This document shows positions 19,336 to 28,890 of a stretch of DNA of 64,000 nt, one piece after another. The first letter of the stretch is position 1. Every line of letters begins with the position of its first letter. The notes under the pieces are model-generated. The model had not been told where the DNA came from, ran no database searches, and saw only the letters and a list, made by a program, of their open reading frames with translations. The DNA is from Candidatus Hodarchaeum mangrovi (GTDB taxonomy: Archaea; Asgardarchaeota; Heimdallarchaeia; Hodarchaeales; Hodarchaeaceae): the NCBI GenBank assembly GCA_016839515.1, contig JAEOUE010000108.1, forward strand, positions 2,004-66,003. The letters are read 5' to 3'. The translations under genes were made by a program, and so were the position numbers.

Positions 19336-19920
19336 GTGATTAAAATGAACAAGAAAGATAAAAATTTAGGAAATTTTTGGAACTTCGGGTTTTTTAACCT
19401 ATTTAAAGAGTTTGAAGAAGAAATAAATTCTTTAATGAATAATAATTTAACAGAATATCAGGCAGGAGGTCCAATAACCTATGGCTATTCTATAAACATT
19501 GGCCCTGAAACAAATTATCAACCAGAAATTCGCCAATGGGGAAATTTGAACGACTTCCGTAAGAAACACAATCTGCCTGAACTAGAAGATCCTTTCGAGT
19601 TACATCAAACCCCTCAACTTCCAAAGAATTCTAATTCCAGTGACCCCTATTTTGATATCATTGATGAAGATGAATACCTAAAGGTTATTGTTGAAGTACC
19701 TGGATTCACAAAAGAAACAATAGCTATTGAAATTGATGAAGAAGGATCTGAAATCAAGCTTAAAGGAAATGTAGAAGGCCGAGAATTAAATACATCAATT
19801 CAATTGCCTTCGAAGATAGAAGCGAAGGGAACAAAAAGCTCGATAACAAATGGGATACTTGAGATTCGTGGAAAAAAAAGGAAGAATTCATCAAAACATT
19901 TTAAGTTGAAGATTGATTAA
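19336..19920 (+). CDS. Small heat-shock protein (Hsp20/alpha-crystallin family)
   Basis: Alpha-crystallin domain DIIDEDEYLKVIVEVPGFTKETIAIEI...ITNGILEIRGKK. Probable start ATG 19345 after AAGGTGA. Confidence 0.8.
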   Translation: MIKMNKKDKNLGNFWNFGFFNLFKEFEEEINSLMNNNLTEYQAGGPITYGYSINIGPETNYQPEIRQWGNLNDFRKKHNLPELEDPFELHQTPQLPKNSNSSDPYFDIIDEDEYLKVIVEVPGFTKETIAIEIDEEGSEIKLKGNVEGRELNTSIQLPSKIEAKGTKSSITNGILEIRGKKRKNSSKHFKLKID

Positions 19921-20004
19921 GCGCAAAAACTAATGAGGGCTTACCTCATTCTTCAACTTTTTAATAAAATGACAAAAAAAAGTAATTAAAGAGTTGCTGA
20001 AGAA

Positions 20005-20637
20005 TTGAACTCGTTCACAGACCAAGATGATCAATCTATACCTGAATACCTGTCTCAGCTAGAAGAAACTGTTTTAGAAGAACTATCAGTAAGAGAACGG
20101 AATTATTCTTTCCGGTTTAATGGTTTAAGAAGATTGTTAAATGATGTCCACCAGCAGAAATTAGCACGAGCACTGGAAAGATTACAGGAAGACAATCTTA
20201 TTGAGCGTTATCCAGATGGGGGTTATGGTTTAGATAGTAAGTATTATGATCGGATAAAAGAAAAATTTGGTAAGCAATCTCTGAATAACGGAAATTTCGG
20301 ATTTGACCTAAATATTCACCAAAATTATACCGCTATCTCAACAGGAACGGATTTTCCAGTTCAAATTATTATTAACAAGCTTACAGGAAAATATTTTGGG
20401 CAATATAGATTCATTGGCCATTATTTCTCAAATGGAAAAGGACGATTGGAATGGATTCACGCTGAGAATCAATCTAAAATCCTTATAACCCAGATTTCAC
20501 CTCGTAAGATTGAAATTTCAGCATCAAACGTATCTAAATTAGCTATTGAAAGATTTCTAAGAATCATCCAACAAATTTTGTACGAGTTACAGATAATTGC
20601 TCAATTCTCTGGAGAACATCAATCTCAAGCAAATTAA
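20005..20637 (+). CDS. Winged-helix DNA-binding-like protein with uncharacterised C-terminal domain
   Basis: FRFNGLRRLLNDVHQQKLARALERLQEDNLIERYPDGGYGL resembles a wHTH. TTG start. Confidence 0.5.
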   Translation: MNSFTDQDDQSIPEYLSQLEETVLEELSVRERNYSFRFNGLRRLLNDVHQQKLARALERLQEDNLIERYPDGGYGLDSKYYDRIKEKFGKQSLNNGNFGFDLNIHQNYTAISTGTDFPVQIIINKLTGKYFGQYRFIGHYFSNGKGRLEWIHAENQSKILITQISPRKIEISASNVSKLAIERFLRIIQQILYELQIIAQFSGEHQSQAN

Positions 20638-20926
20638 ATTAGTACTCTTTCAGTAATATTCCACTTGATCTTTTATTATTTACATCCTTACCCAAGAACT
20701 CAGGCTAAAGACTTATAACCAATTATATTAGGTTGGTTTTTTGAGGTAAAAAAATGAGGCCTTGCGTTCTCCAGGTATAGTATCGCTTTTTTCGTAAAAT
20801 ATGAATGCATTGTGCCATCCTCTAAGAATTACTTTTTGCCTTCATTATTTAGTATCAAATATATACTAAATTTTAGAAGACAGATAGAAAAATGTAAAAT
20901 ATTAAGGTTAAATACGGTGAATTTCA

Positions 20927-23893
20927 GTGAGTGAGTCACAACAATCTATTGAAGAATTTTTTGCGATATTACGGGCAATTGAAAGTAAATGGCAATCCCG
21001 CTGGGCTGAAAAAGATATTTTTAAAGGAGTAAAAAAACACGACAAAGAGAAATACTTTGTAACAATACCTTATCCATATGCCTCGGGACCACTCCATGTT
21101 GGTCACGCTCGTACTTATACAATCGGGGATGTATTTACCCGATTCAAACGAATCCAAGGTTTCAACACCTTATGGCCAATGGCTTTTCATATAACTGGAA
21201 CTCCAGTACTTTCTGTATCAGCAAAAATAGAAGCAAACGATGAAGAGACCATAGAATTATACAAGGATTACATAAGAATATACGAATCTGATGAAGGGAT
21301 AGTTAACCAAATTATACATTCCTTTATAAACCCCCTCAATGTTGCGATGTATTTTGCGGATAAATTAATCAATGATTTTAAGGCAATGGGTTATTCATTA
21401 GACATACATAGACAATTCACCACTGGTGACCCTGAGTATAATAAATTTATTGAATGGCAATATAATCATTTAATTAAGAAAAATTACATTGTCCAAGGCG
21501 AATATCCCATTTTATGGTGCTTAAGAGAGCAAAACGCTGTTGGAGAAGATGATATACGTGATGCAGATGTAAATAAAGTTGAAGTTCAAGAGTTTGTTGC
21601 TTTAAAATTTAAATTTGAAGAGGATTTTCTAGTAGCAGGTACTTTTCGTCCCGAAACAATATATGGAGCTACAAATATATGGTTACATCCTACAACCACA
21701 TACTGTAGAGTTAAGGTAGATGAGAAGGAAACATGGATTATTTCAAAAGAAGCTGTTGAAAAATTAACTCACCAAAATCATAAAACGAAAGTATTAGAAG
21801 AATTTTTGGGTTCTACATTAATTGGGAAAAATGCTTTTGCCCCTCGGGTTCCTGATAGACCTTTACCTATTCTGCCTGCCACCTTTGTTGATCCTGACCA
21901 TGCAACAGGGGTAGTTTATTCAGTTCCTGCTCATGCTCCTTATGATTATATTGCTTTACGAGATTTACAACAAGACTCTAGTGCTCTAAAACCTTTTAAT
22001 GGATTAGAAAAAATAGTAAAATCGATTAAACCTATTGCGCTAATTGCAATTGAATCTTATGGAGAATTCCCAGCCGTTGAAATCGTAGAAAAAATGGGAA
22101 TAATGAATCAAGCTGATATTAAAAAATTAGAAGCTGCAACTCAAGAAATTTATTCGACAGAATTCTATAATGGCGTTATGATGGACTTCACTGATGAATT
22201 TGCTGGTTTAAAAGTAGAAATAGCTAAAGATAAAGTAACAGAAGTTTTGAAGGAAGAAGGTTACGCCACTTCCTTTTATGAAGTATCAAGAAAAGCAACT
22301 TCTAGATCAGGAGGAAAAATAATCGTTGCAGTTTTACCTGATCAATATTTTTTGAACTACGGTGATATAAAATGGAAATCACTGGCTAAAAAAGCTTTGG
22401 ATCAAATGAAAATAGTTCCTGAGAAGTACAGAAGATCATTCGAGAGTACATTTGAGTGGTTAGATAGACGTCCATGTGTTCGGAAAAGAGGCTTAGGTAC
22501 TGAATTTCCATTAACAAAAGGCCAAGGTTGGATTATTGAGTCATTAAGTGACAGTGTTATTTATATGGCCTTTTATTTGGTAATTCCCCACATAAAAAAA
22601 CATAATATCAGTCCTGAACAATTGATTCCTGAGGTATTTGACTATATTTTCTTAAATAGAGGTGCTTTATCTAATATAGCTAAAAAAAGTAGAATTGAGG
22701 AGCAAATTCTGAAAGAAATGCAAGATGATTTCAGATATTGGTATCCCAATGACCTACGCCACACAGCAATTGCTCACATAGGTAATCATTTGTCATTTAC
22801 TATTTTTCATCACGTTGCAATATTCCCAGAGAAATATTGGCCTAAAATCTTCTCTTTAAATGAACTCCTAATAAGAGAAGGAGAGAAAATGTCTAAATCA
22901 GCTGGAAATGTAATTCCAATAGCTCATCTGCCAAAAAGGTATTCTGTGGATGTAACTCGCTTGTACTTAGTTTCAGCTGGAGCTTCAGATACAGTTTTAA
23001 ATTGGACAGAAGAAGGAATAAGTACATTAGTATCACGAATCAAAAAATTTTGGACCTTAGCGAATGAGATACTAGATAATACATCGAAAATTACATTTGA
23101 TATGTCTAAGGCTTCTTTTATGACACGTTCATTTATTTCAGCATGTAATCATCACTTAAAAGAGGGTATGAAACAATTAGAATTCTTTGATGGACGTGGA
23201 TATGTCTCTCACACATTCCATTTAATGTTAAAAGAAGTGGAATTTTATCTTAAGGCTTCAATAGGATTACATGAGGCCGAAAGAAATTCTGCCTTAAGAT
23301 CAATTATTGATAATTGGATTCTATTGTTATCTCCTGTAATTCCGCACCTAAGTGAGGAGTTGAATGAAAAACTAGGAAATAAAGAATTTTGTTCTCTTAG
23401 AGTAATAGAATCAATAGAAATTTCAGATGAAGCGCCTATTCTAAGTCATCAAATCTCATTCGTGAGCAATCTGATTGAAGATATCAAATCAATTATAGAA
23501 CTTAAACGCAGTTCTCCTAATAAAATCTTTATCTATATAGCCTCACAATGGAAACATGATTTATATAACCAGATAGGGTCTATGGTAGATGAAGGAGCTT
23601 TAGATATAGGTAAAATAATGAGTAATTTAAGAAAAGATAAAAAATATGCTTCCAGAATGTCTGAAATAGCAAAAGATTTGAAAATGACTAAAGGCGATGT
23701 AAAAGTATTCAGACAACAGGTAATTGGGTCTGAAAAGGAAATGGAAGTTATTAGAGGATATTCTAAATATCTTGAGGCATTATTTGAGTCCCCAATTTAT
23801 GTTTATCTTTCTGATGATGAGAAAGTCGATGACTTCCACAATAAAGCTATCCGAGCTCAACCCTTAAAACCTGCAATCTATATCGAGTTTTAA
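20927..23893 (+). CDS. leuS: Leucyl-tRNA synthetase (archaeal/eukaryotic type)
   Basis: HIGH motif PLHVGHARTY, KMSKS motif EKMSKSAGN, CP1 editing insertion. 988 aa. GTG start after GGTGA. Confidence 0.95.
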   Translation: MSESQQSIEEFFAILRAIESKWQSRWAEKDIFKGVKKHDKEKYFVTIPYPYASGPLHVGHARTYTIGDVFTRFKRIQGFNTLWPMAFHITGTPVLSVSAKIEANDEETIELYKDYIRIYESDEGIVNQIIHSFINPLNVAMYFADKLINDFKAMGYSLDIHRQFTTGDPEYNKFIEWQYNHLIKKNYIVQGEYPILWCLREQNAVGEDDIRDADVNKVEVQEFVALKFKFEEDFLVAGTFRPETIYGATNIWLHPTTTYCRVKVDEKETWIISKEAVEKLTHQNHKTKVLEEFLGSTLIGKNAFAPRVPDRPLPILPATFVDPDHATGVVYSVPAHAPYDYIALRDLQQDSSALKPFNGLEKIVKSIKPIALIAIESYGEFPAVEIVEKMGIMNQADIKKLEAATQEIYSTEFYNGVMMDFTDEFAGLKVEIAKDKVTEVLKEEGYATSFYEVSRKATSRSGGKIIVAVLPDQYFLNYGDIKWKSLAKKALDQMKIVPEKYRRSFESTFEWLDRRPCVRKRGLGTEFPLTKGQGWIIESLSDSVIYMAFYLVIPHIKKHNISPEQLIPEVFDYIFLNRGALSNIAKKSRIEEQILKEMQDDFRYWYPNDLRHTAIAHIGNHLSFTIFHHVAIFPEKYWPKIFSLNELLIREGEKMSKSAGNVIPIAHLPKRYSVDVTRLYLVSAGASDTVLNWTEEGISTLVSRIKKFWTLANEILDNTSKITFDMSKASFMTRSFISACNHHLKEGMKQLEFFDGRGYVSHTFHLMLKEVEFYLKASIGLHEAERNSALRSIIDNWILLLSPVIPHLSEELNEKLGNKEFCSLRVIESIEISDEAPILSHQISFVSNLIEDIKSIIELKRSSPNKIFIYIASQWKHDLYNQIGSMVDEGALDIGKIMSNLRKDKKYASRMSEIAKDLKMTKGDVKVFRQQVIGSEKEMEVIRGYSKYLEALFESPIYVYLSDDEKVDDFHNKAIRAQPLKPAIYIEF

Positions 23894-24095
23894 GAGTTTA
23901 ATACTAGGAAAATTCATGATCCTAATCGAAATAGAATATAAGCTTTAAACCTTCCTAGTCGTTTAATTATTAAAATTCGTATTTTAAAATAATATTTTAG
24001 AAAGCTGGTCAATATAATATAACATTAAAAATATTTATACAGATATGAAATTTGACTTAATATAATAGAAAACATAATTAAAGGAGAAGGATGTT

Positions 24096-24749
24096 ATGAA
24101 TTTTCCTACAAACCCGTTTTATGACAATATCAATCAAAATCAAATACAAGGTCTTAAAGGAACGACAGGTCTTGCTTTAAAGTTTTCTGATGGAGTTATT
24201 CTCGTCGCAGATCGTCGTGCCTCAATGGGAACTTTTGTTGCAAGTAAACAAGCAAAAAAGGTTCACAAATTAAATGAATATACTGGTATGGGAATCGCTG
24301 GTTTAGTCAGTGATGCTCAAGCCTTAGTCGATCTGATGCGTAGCGAACTTCGTCTTTATCATCTTGAAAACAACTTTCCACCAACTATTAAAGTTGCTTC
24401 TTCTCTGCTTTCTACGATTATGCATGGTGGGTATCGTCGATACCAACCTTGGTGGGTTCAATTATTAGTTGTTGGAGTTGATCGTAGAGGAGCTCATGTT
24501 TATACATTAGGACCAGATGGATCTGTTTCTACTGAGGATTATTTCGCGATTGGATCAGGAACATACCTAGCAATGGGTCTATTAGAAAACAGCTGGAAAG
24601 AAAATCTCCCTCGGGAAAAAGCTAAAGAATTAGCCATATCTGCCTTGAAGGTTGCTATTGGTCGTGATAGTGCGACAGGAAATGGTATTGACGGACTAAT
24701 TTACAGCATTAAAACTCCTGAAGTTGAAGAAATTAAGATTGATTTGTGA
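24096..24749 (+). CDS. psmB: Proteasome beta subunit (with propeptide)
   Basis: ...QGLKG/TTGLALKFSDGVILVADRRAS..K..: Thr1, Asp17 and Lys33 pattern; GSGTYLAMG. Confidence 0.9.
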   Translation: MNFPTNPFYDNINQNQIQGLKGTTGLALKFSDGVILVADRRASMGTFVASKQAKKVHKLNEYTGMGIAGLVSDAQALVDLMRSELRLYHLENNFPPTIKVASSLLSTIMHGGYRRYQPWWVQLLVVGVDRRGAHVYTLGPDGSVSTEDYFAIGSGTYLAMGLLENSWKENLPREKAKELAISALKVAIGRDSATGNGIDGLIYSIKTPEVEEIKIDL

Positions 24750-25423
24750 GGTTAATAAAAATGTATGATTCTAGAGCTCCTTATGATAAAAGTGCTGCGA
24801 TGTGGTCCCCCGATGGGGAATTAGTCCAATTATCATATGCTCGAAAAGCGTCCGAAAGAGGAGCAGCTGCGGTTGGTATGATTATTGACAAAAAGACTAT
24901 TTTATTAGCTGGAGAAACCCTATATGACCCATTAGTTGTTCGACCAGATAAAATCCAAGAAATTGATGAAAAGTTATTCTTAGTTGCCTCAGGTCTTTCA
25001 ACTGACTCTAATCTCTTAATTGGGCAGTCAAGAATTCTAGCACAACAACATAGATTAATTTATGGTGAAAAAATATCAGTTCGAGCATTAGCTCAACGTT
25101 TAGGAGATTTAATGGCACGTCACACAATTCAAGGAGGACTTCGTCCTTTTGGAACAGCTTTACTTTTAGCTGGATTTAATCCCGTAACGAATGATGCTGA
25201 ACTATTTTTTGTTGATAACGGAGGATCCTATTTTGCAGTAAATGCATATGCTGCGGGAAGTGGAAATGAACGAGTCATTGAATCACTAAGGAAAGAATAT
25301 AAAGTAGGTCTTCCAATAGAAAATGCCAAAAAATTAATTCTTCAGACTGTTTCTTCTGCTCTTGGGAAAAAGGAGACCCTTACTGAAAAAGATTTAGAAA
25401 TTCGAATTTTAACAGTAGAATAA
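24746..25423 (+). CDS. psmA: Proteasome alpha subunit (divergent)
   Basis: YDKSAAMWSPDGELVQLSYARKASERGAAAVGM corresponds to the alpha signature YDRxxTxFSPDGRLxQVEYA. Likely start ATG 24761 after GAGGT. Confidence 0.75.
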   Translation: MRLIKMYDSRAPYDKSAAMWSPDGELVQLSYARKASERGAAAVGMIIDKKTILLAGETLYDPLVVRPDKIQEIDEKLFLVASGLSTDSNLLIGQSRILAQQHRLIYGEKISVRALAQRLGDLMARHTIQGGLRPFGTALLLAGFNPVTNDAELFFVDNGGSYFAVNAYAAGSGNERVIESLRKEYKVGLPIENAKKLILQTVSSALGKKETLTEKDLEIRILTVE

Positions 25424-25430
25424 AACACTT

Positions 25431-25446
25431 CTTTTCCCTTTTTTTT
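25431..25446 (+). terminator. Oligo-T tract downstream of psmA
   Basis: cttttcccTTTTTTTT right after the stop. Oligo-T is the known archaeal termination signal. Confidence 0.4.
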
Positions 25447-25539
25447 CATTTAAGAAATAAATCTTTCTGAGATTAAACATAAGAGAAGATTTATATTAAC
25501 TTATTTACTATAGTTCAAACATTAAAGAGCTGGAAGTAG

Positions 25540-26274
25540 ATGGCTCATCGTCCGATACGAATTTTATTACTTGCAGATTTACATAGTAATCTTCCAGCTT
25601 ATAATGCCATTCAAGATAAAGTTACAGAAAAATATGGTTCAAATATTGATCACGTGCTTTGTTTAGGTGACATTGTCGGATATGGGCCTTACCCAAATGA
25701 GCTTATAAAAATCGCTGAAACCTTCGATGCAATGGTAATAGGTAATCATGACATAGCTTGTGCCACAGGAAATGCCACAGGATTTAAGAAGTGGGCCATT
25801 GAAGCAGTACTATGGACTTTTGATGAATTAACTACATATTCTAAAACATTTTTGTCTATTCTAGCTAAAAACGAGTTTTTAGAGATAAATGAAAAGGGAG
25901 TGCAACTTTATTTAACTCATGCATCTCCTAAAGATTATATTAATGATTATATATATCCTGAAGACTCCCAAACAAGAAAAGAAGAACTATTAGACATGAT
26001 TGGTGTAAATCATATTCTTATAGCTGGTCATACACATATTCCTTTTATATATCAAAGCGAGAAATCAAAAAAAGTAATATTCAATCCAGGAAGTGTTGGA
26101 CAACCCCGAGATAATGATCCTCGTGCTTCAGCAGGAATTCTTGAGATTGATTTAAATTCAAATATTAAATTAGATTGGATTCGTGCAGAGTACGACATTA
26201 GGGAAATTGCACGTGAGATACAACAAGTTGGATTACCTATAAGATTGGCTGAAAGATTATTTTTTGGTCAATAA
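25540..26274 (+). CDS. Calcineurin-like metallophosphoesterase (YfcE/MJ0936-like)
   Basis: Motifs in order DLHSN, GDIVGYGP, GNHD, GHTH. Confidence 0.8.
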   Translation: MAHRPIRILLLADLHSNLPAYNAIQDKVTEKYGSNIDHVLCLGDIVGYGPYPNELIKIAETFDAMVIGNHDIACATGNATGFKKWAIEAVLWTFDELTTYSKTFLSILAKNEFLEINEKGVQLYLTHASPKDYINDYIYPEDSQTRKEELLDMIGVNHILIAGHTHIPFIYQSEKSKKVIFNPGSVGQPRDNDPRASAGILEIDLNSNIKLDWIRAEYDIREIAREIQQVGLPIRLAERLFFGQ

Positions 26275-26291
26275 GATGAAAATATAAGGGA

Positions 26292-26699
26292 TTACAAATA
26301 TTTAATCTCATCTATCGGATCTTTTACCATCTCTAACTTAATAGAACTTCCAATTTTTAATTGATTAAAGAAAGTTAAATTCTCCACTTGTCCAATTGGA
26401 TTGACTGGATATTCTACCTCTTTTGATTTGATAAATATGATTAACACTTGACTTTGTGTCCAATATGCTACATCCCCTTGATTAACATATTTCACTGTAT
26501 TCTCTGGGCCAGCTCGACCTATTTTAAAAGGAATACTTACTTCATCGTCTCGAACGACAACTCGGGATTGAATTGGATTTCTTAAACGAAATTCCAATAA
26601 TGCATAGGTTTTTGGAGCCAAGTGTTTTTTGAATACAACTTTTCCAATATCTGAATTGCCTAAAATAGAGAATTCTAAAATAAATTCTTGATTAGACAT
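26292..26699 (-). CDS. Cyclophilin-like-fold protein (TM1367-like family), function unknown
   Basis: 135 aa. GDVAYWTQSQVLIIFI and IGQVENLTFFNQLKIGSSIKLE resemble the Cyclophil_like family pattern. Confidence 0.45.
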   Translation of the reverse strand: MSNQEFILEFSILGNSDIGKVVFKKHLAPKTYALLEFRLRNPIQSRVVVRDDEVSIPFKIGRAGPENTVKYVNQGDVAYWTQSQVLIIFIKSKEVEYPVNPIGQVENLTFFNQLKIGSSIKLEMVKDPIDEIKYL

Positions 26700-26856
26700 A
26701 CTACAAATCTCAATGTTAAGAAAGATATCAATTTATTAATAAAAATCATTTGTGTAATATTTTATTTAATCATTAATAGTTTCCACTACACACTAGTTTT
26801 TAACCAGATATATATAGGTAAAAAATTAGATTGTTTACAAATGAATAAATTTAGGT

Positions 26857-27759
26857 TTGATTAATATGAGTTTAACACAATTACCTGAACCGTTGAATAC
26901 CATAACATTGTTTTTACTCTTTTTTGGTGGTTTGTTGGTTCTAATATATGTACTCAGTGGGTTTAGAATAGTAAAAGAATGGGAAAGAGCTCCTGTTTTA
27001 CGACTTGGACGGTATACAGGTTTGAAAGGACCGGGTTTATTTTGGATCTTACCTGGAATAGATCGAATACCTAATATTGTGACAACAAGAATTCAAACAT
27101 ACTCCTTTCGATCAGAACAAAGTCTAACCAAGGATAATGTCCCTGTTACAATTGATGCAGTTTTATTTTTCAAAGTTATTGACGTTGAAAAAACAATTTT
27201 AGAAGTTGAACATTATGTATCTGCTACTCAATGGGTAGCACAAACTACGTTACGCGAAGTGACAGGACAAGTTGAGCTTGATGAATTATTAGCTGAAAGA
27301 GAGAAAATTGCAGCTCATTTAGCTGAAATTGTAGATGAGAAAACTGAACATTGGGGAATAAAGATAATCTCAGTAGAAATCCGCGATGTTGTGATCCCTG
27401 GTCGGTTACAGGAGGCGATTTCACGACAAGCTGAGGCTGAAAGAGAACGTCGTGCTCGAATAACTCTCGCACAAGCTGAAAAGGAGGCAGCTAAAGGAAT
27501 GATTGAAGCAGCTGAACAATATGCAACTTCTCCTATTGCCATGGAACTTAGATGGATTAACTTATTGTTTGAAGCAGCTACAGAAGGTGGAGCTACTATA
27601 ATGCTGATTCCCGCTAATATTCCTACAGCTGGGTTCAGTTATGCAGGAATGCAAAAGTTGGGTGAAGGCGGAAGTGGTCCAATTTCTCCTTTCGGGGTAT
27701 ATGGAGTAAAACCCATACCATTTAAGAAAAAAGAAGAAGAAGTAGAGAAAGAATCATAA
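26857..27759 (+). CDS. SPFH/Band-7 (stomatin/slipin-like) membrane protein
   Basis: N-terminal TM, RIVKEWERAPVLRLGRY, then coiled-coil EAERERRARITLAQAEKEAA. Confidence 0.85.
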   Translation: MINMSLTQLPEPLNTITLFLLFFGGLLVLIYVLSGFRIVKEWERAPVLRLGRYTGLKGPGLFWILPGIDRIPNIVTTRIQTYSFRSEQSLTKDNVPVTIDAVLFFKVIDVEKTILEVEHYVSATQWVAQTTLREVTGQVELDELLAEREKIAAHLAEIVDEKTEHWGIKIISVEIRDVVIPGRLQEAISRQAEAERERRARITLAQAEKEAAKGMIEAAEQYATSPIAMELRWINLLFEAATEGGATIMLIPANIPTAGFSYAGMQKLGEGGSGPISPFGVYGVKPIPFKKKEEEVEKES

Positions 27760-27770
27760 TCTTATCTCTA

Positions 27771-27799
27771 TTTTTTTTCTGTTTATCCTCTTTTTTTTT
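27771..27799 (+). terminator. Two oligo-T tracts downstream of the SPFH gene
   Basis: T8 (27771-27778) and T9 (27791-27799). Confidence 0.4.
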
Positions 27800-27896
27800 G
27801 GGGCAGGGTATTAAAAAGTAAAGAATGGTGACCAAAGGTTAAAATAATGTGACCTACAAATGATCTTTACACTTATTTTCTATAGAGCTGACATCT

Positions 27897-28769
27897 ATGT
27901 CTCTTAAAGGCTATTATCTGATTAGTAGACCATTGAATTCATTTTATTCTGGATTTGCTGTTTTAATTGGAGCAATTGCAGCAATTTCAAATCCTTTAAC
28001 CGAGATACAAATTATAAATATCTTTTTAGGATATTTAACTACAGCTTTTATTGCTGCTGGAGGATATGCAATTAATGATGCATATGATGTGGAAATCGAT
28101 AAGATTAATATGCCACATCGTGCAATTCCTTCTGGATTAATAACACCAAAGCAAGCTATGATCTATGCACTTATTCTCTATGTGATAGGCATACTAACTG
28201 CTTTAGTTATAGATATTTTAGCCTGTATTATAGCAAGTATAGGAGCTTTTCTCCTATTTCTTTATGCTGCATATTTCAAACGAACAGGGTTTGTAGGTAA
28301 CTTGTTAGTCAGTATTTTAACCGCAATCCCGTTCATTTTTGGAGGGATAATTACTGAAAGTTATGAGACTTTGATTTATCCTGCTCTATTTGCTTTTCTA
28401 TTGATATTGGGAAGGGAGATTATAAAGGATATAGAAGATGTTCGTGGAGATAAATTAGAAAATGTTCAATCCCTTGCTTTACGATATGGTGTAAAACCTG
28501 CAAGGAATATAGGAATTATAATAATTCTATCCTTAGTATTATTAGTCCCAATCCCAGTCATATTAGGTTATTATAAAACCCCTTTTTTCCTTGGAGCTCT
28601 AATAATAATATTTTTAGCAGTTTTTTATGCAATTTTCCTCTTATTAAAGCAAACTGATGAGGAAATAATCAAAAATGCGACAATTACTAAACGGATATTA
28701 AAATCCTGTATGGTTGTAGGAATTCTTGGATTCATTTTAGAGGGATTAACGAAGATTTTACTTAATTAA
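27897..28769 (+). CDS. UbiA-family prenyltransferase, digeranylgeranylglyceryl-phosphate synthase-like
   Basis: NDAYDVEIDKINMPHRAIPSG first Asp-rich motif, EIIKDIEDVRGD second motif. About 9 TM spans. Confidence 0.8.
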   Translation: MSLKGYYLISRPLNSFYSGFAVLIGAIAAISNPLTEIQIINIFLGYLTTAFIAAGGYAINDAYDVEIDKINMPHRAIPSGLITPKQAMIYALILYVIGILTALVIDILACIIASIGAFLLFLYAAYFKRTGFVGNLLVSILTAIPFIFGGIITESYETLIYPALFAFLLILGREIIKDIEDVRGDKLENVQSLALRYGVKPARNIGIIIILSLVLLVPIPVILGYYKTPFFLGALIIIFLAVFYAIFLLLKQTDEEIIKNATITKRILKSCMVVGILGFILEGLTKILLN

Positions 28770-28890
28770 GCAATATTTCCTTCCTTACCTTGATTTTATT
28801 TTACTTTTTGAATTATTTCAGCTTCTTATAGATCTAGAAATATATTTGTAAGCGAGGATAAATAATAGTTTTTCCTTATTCTTTAGTTAA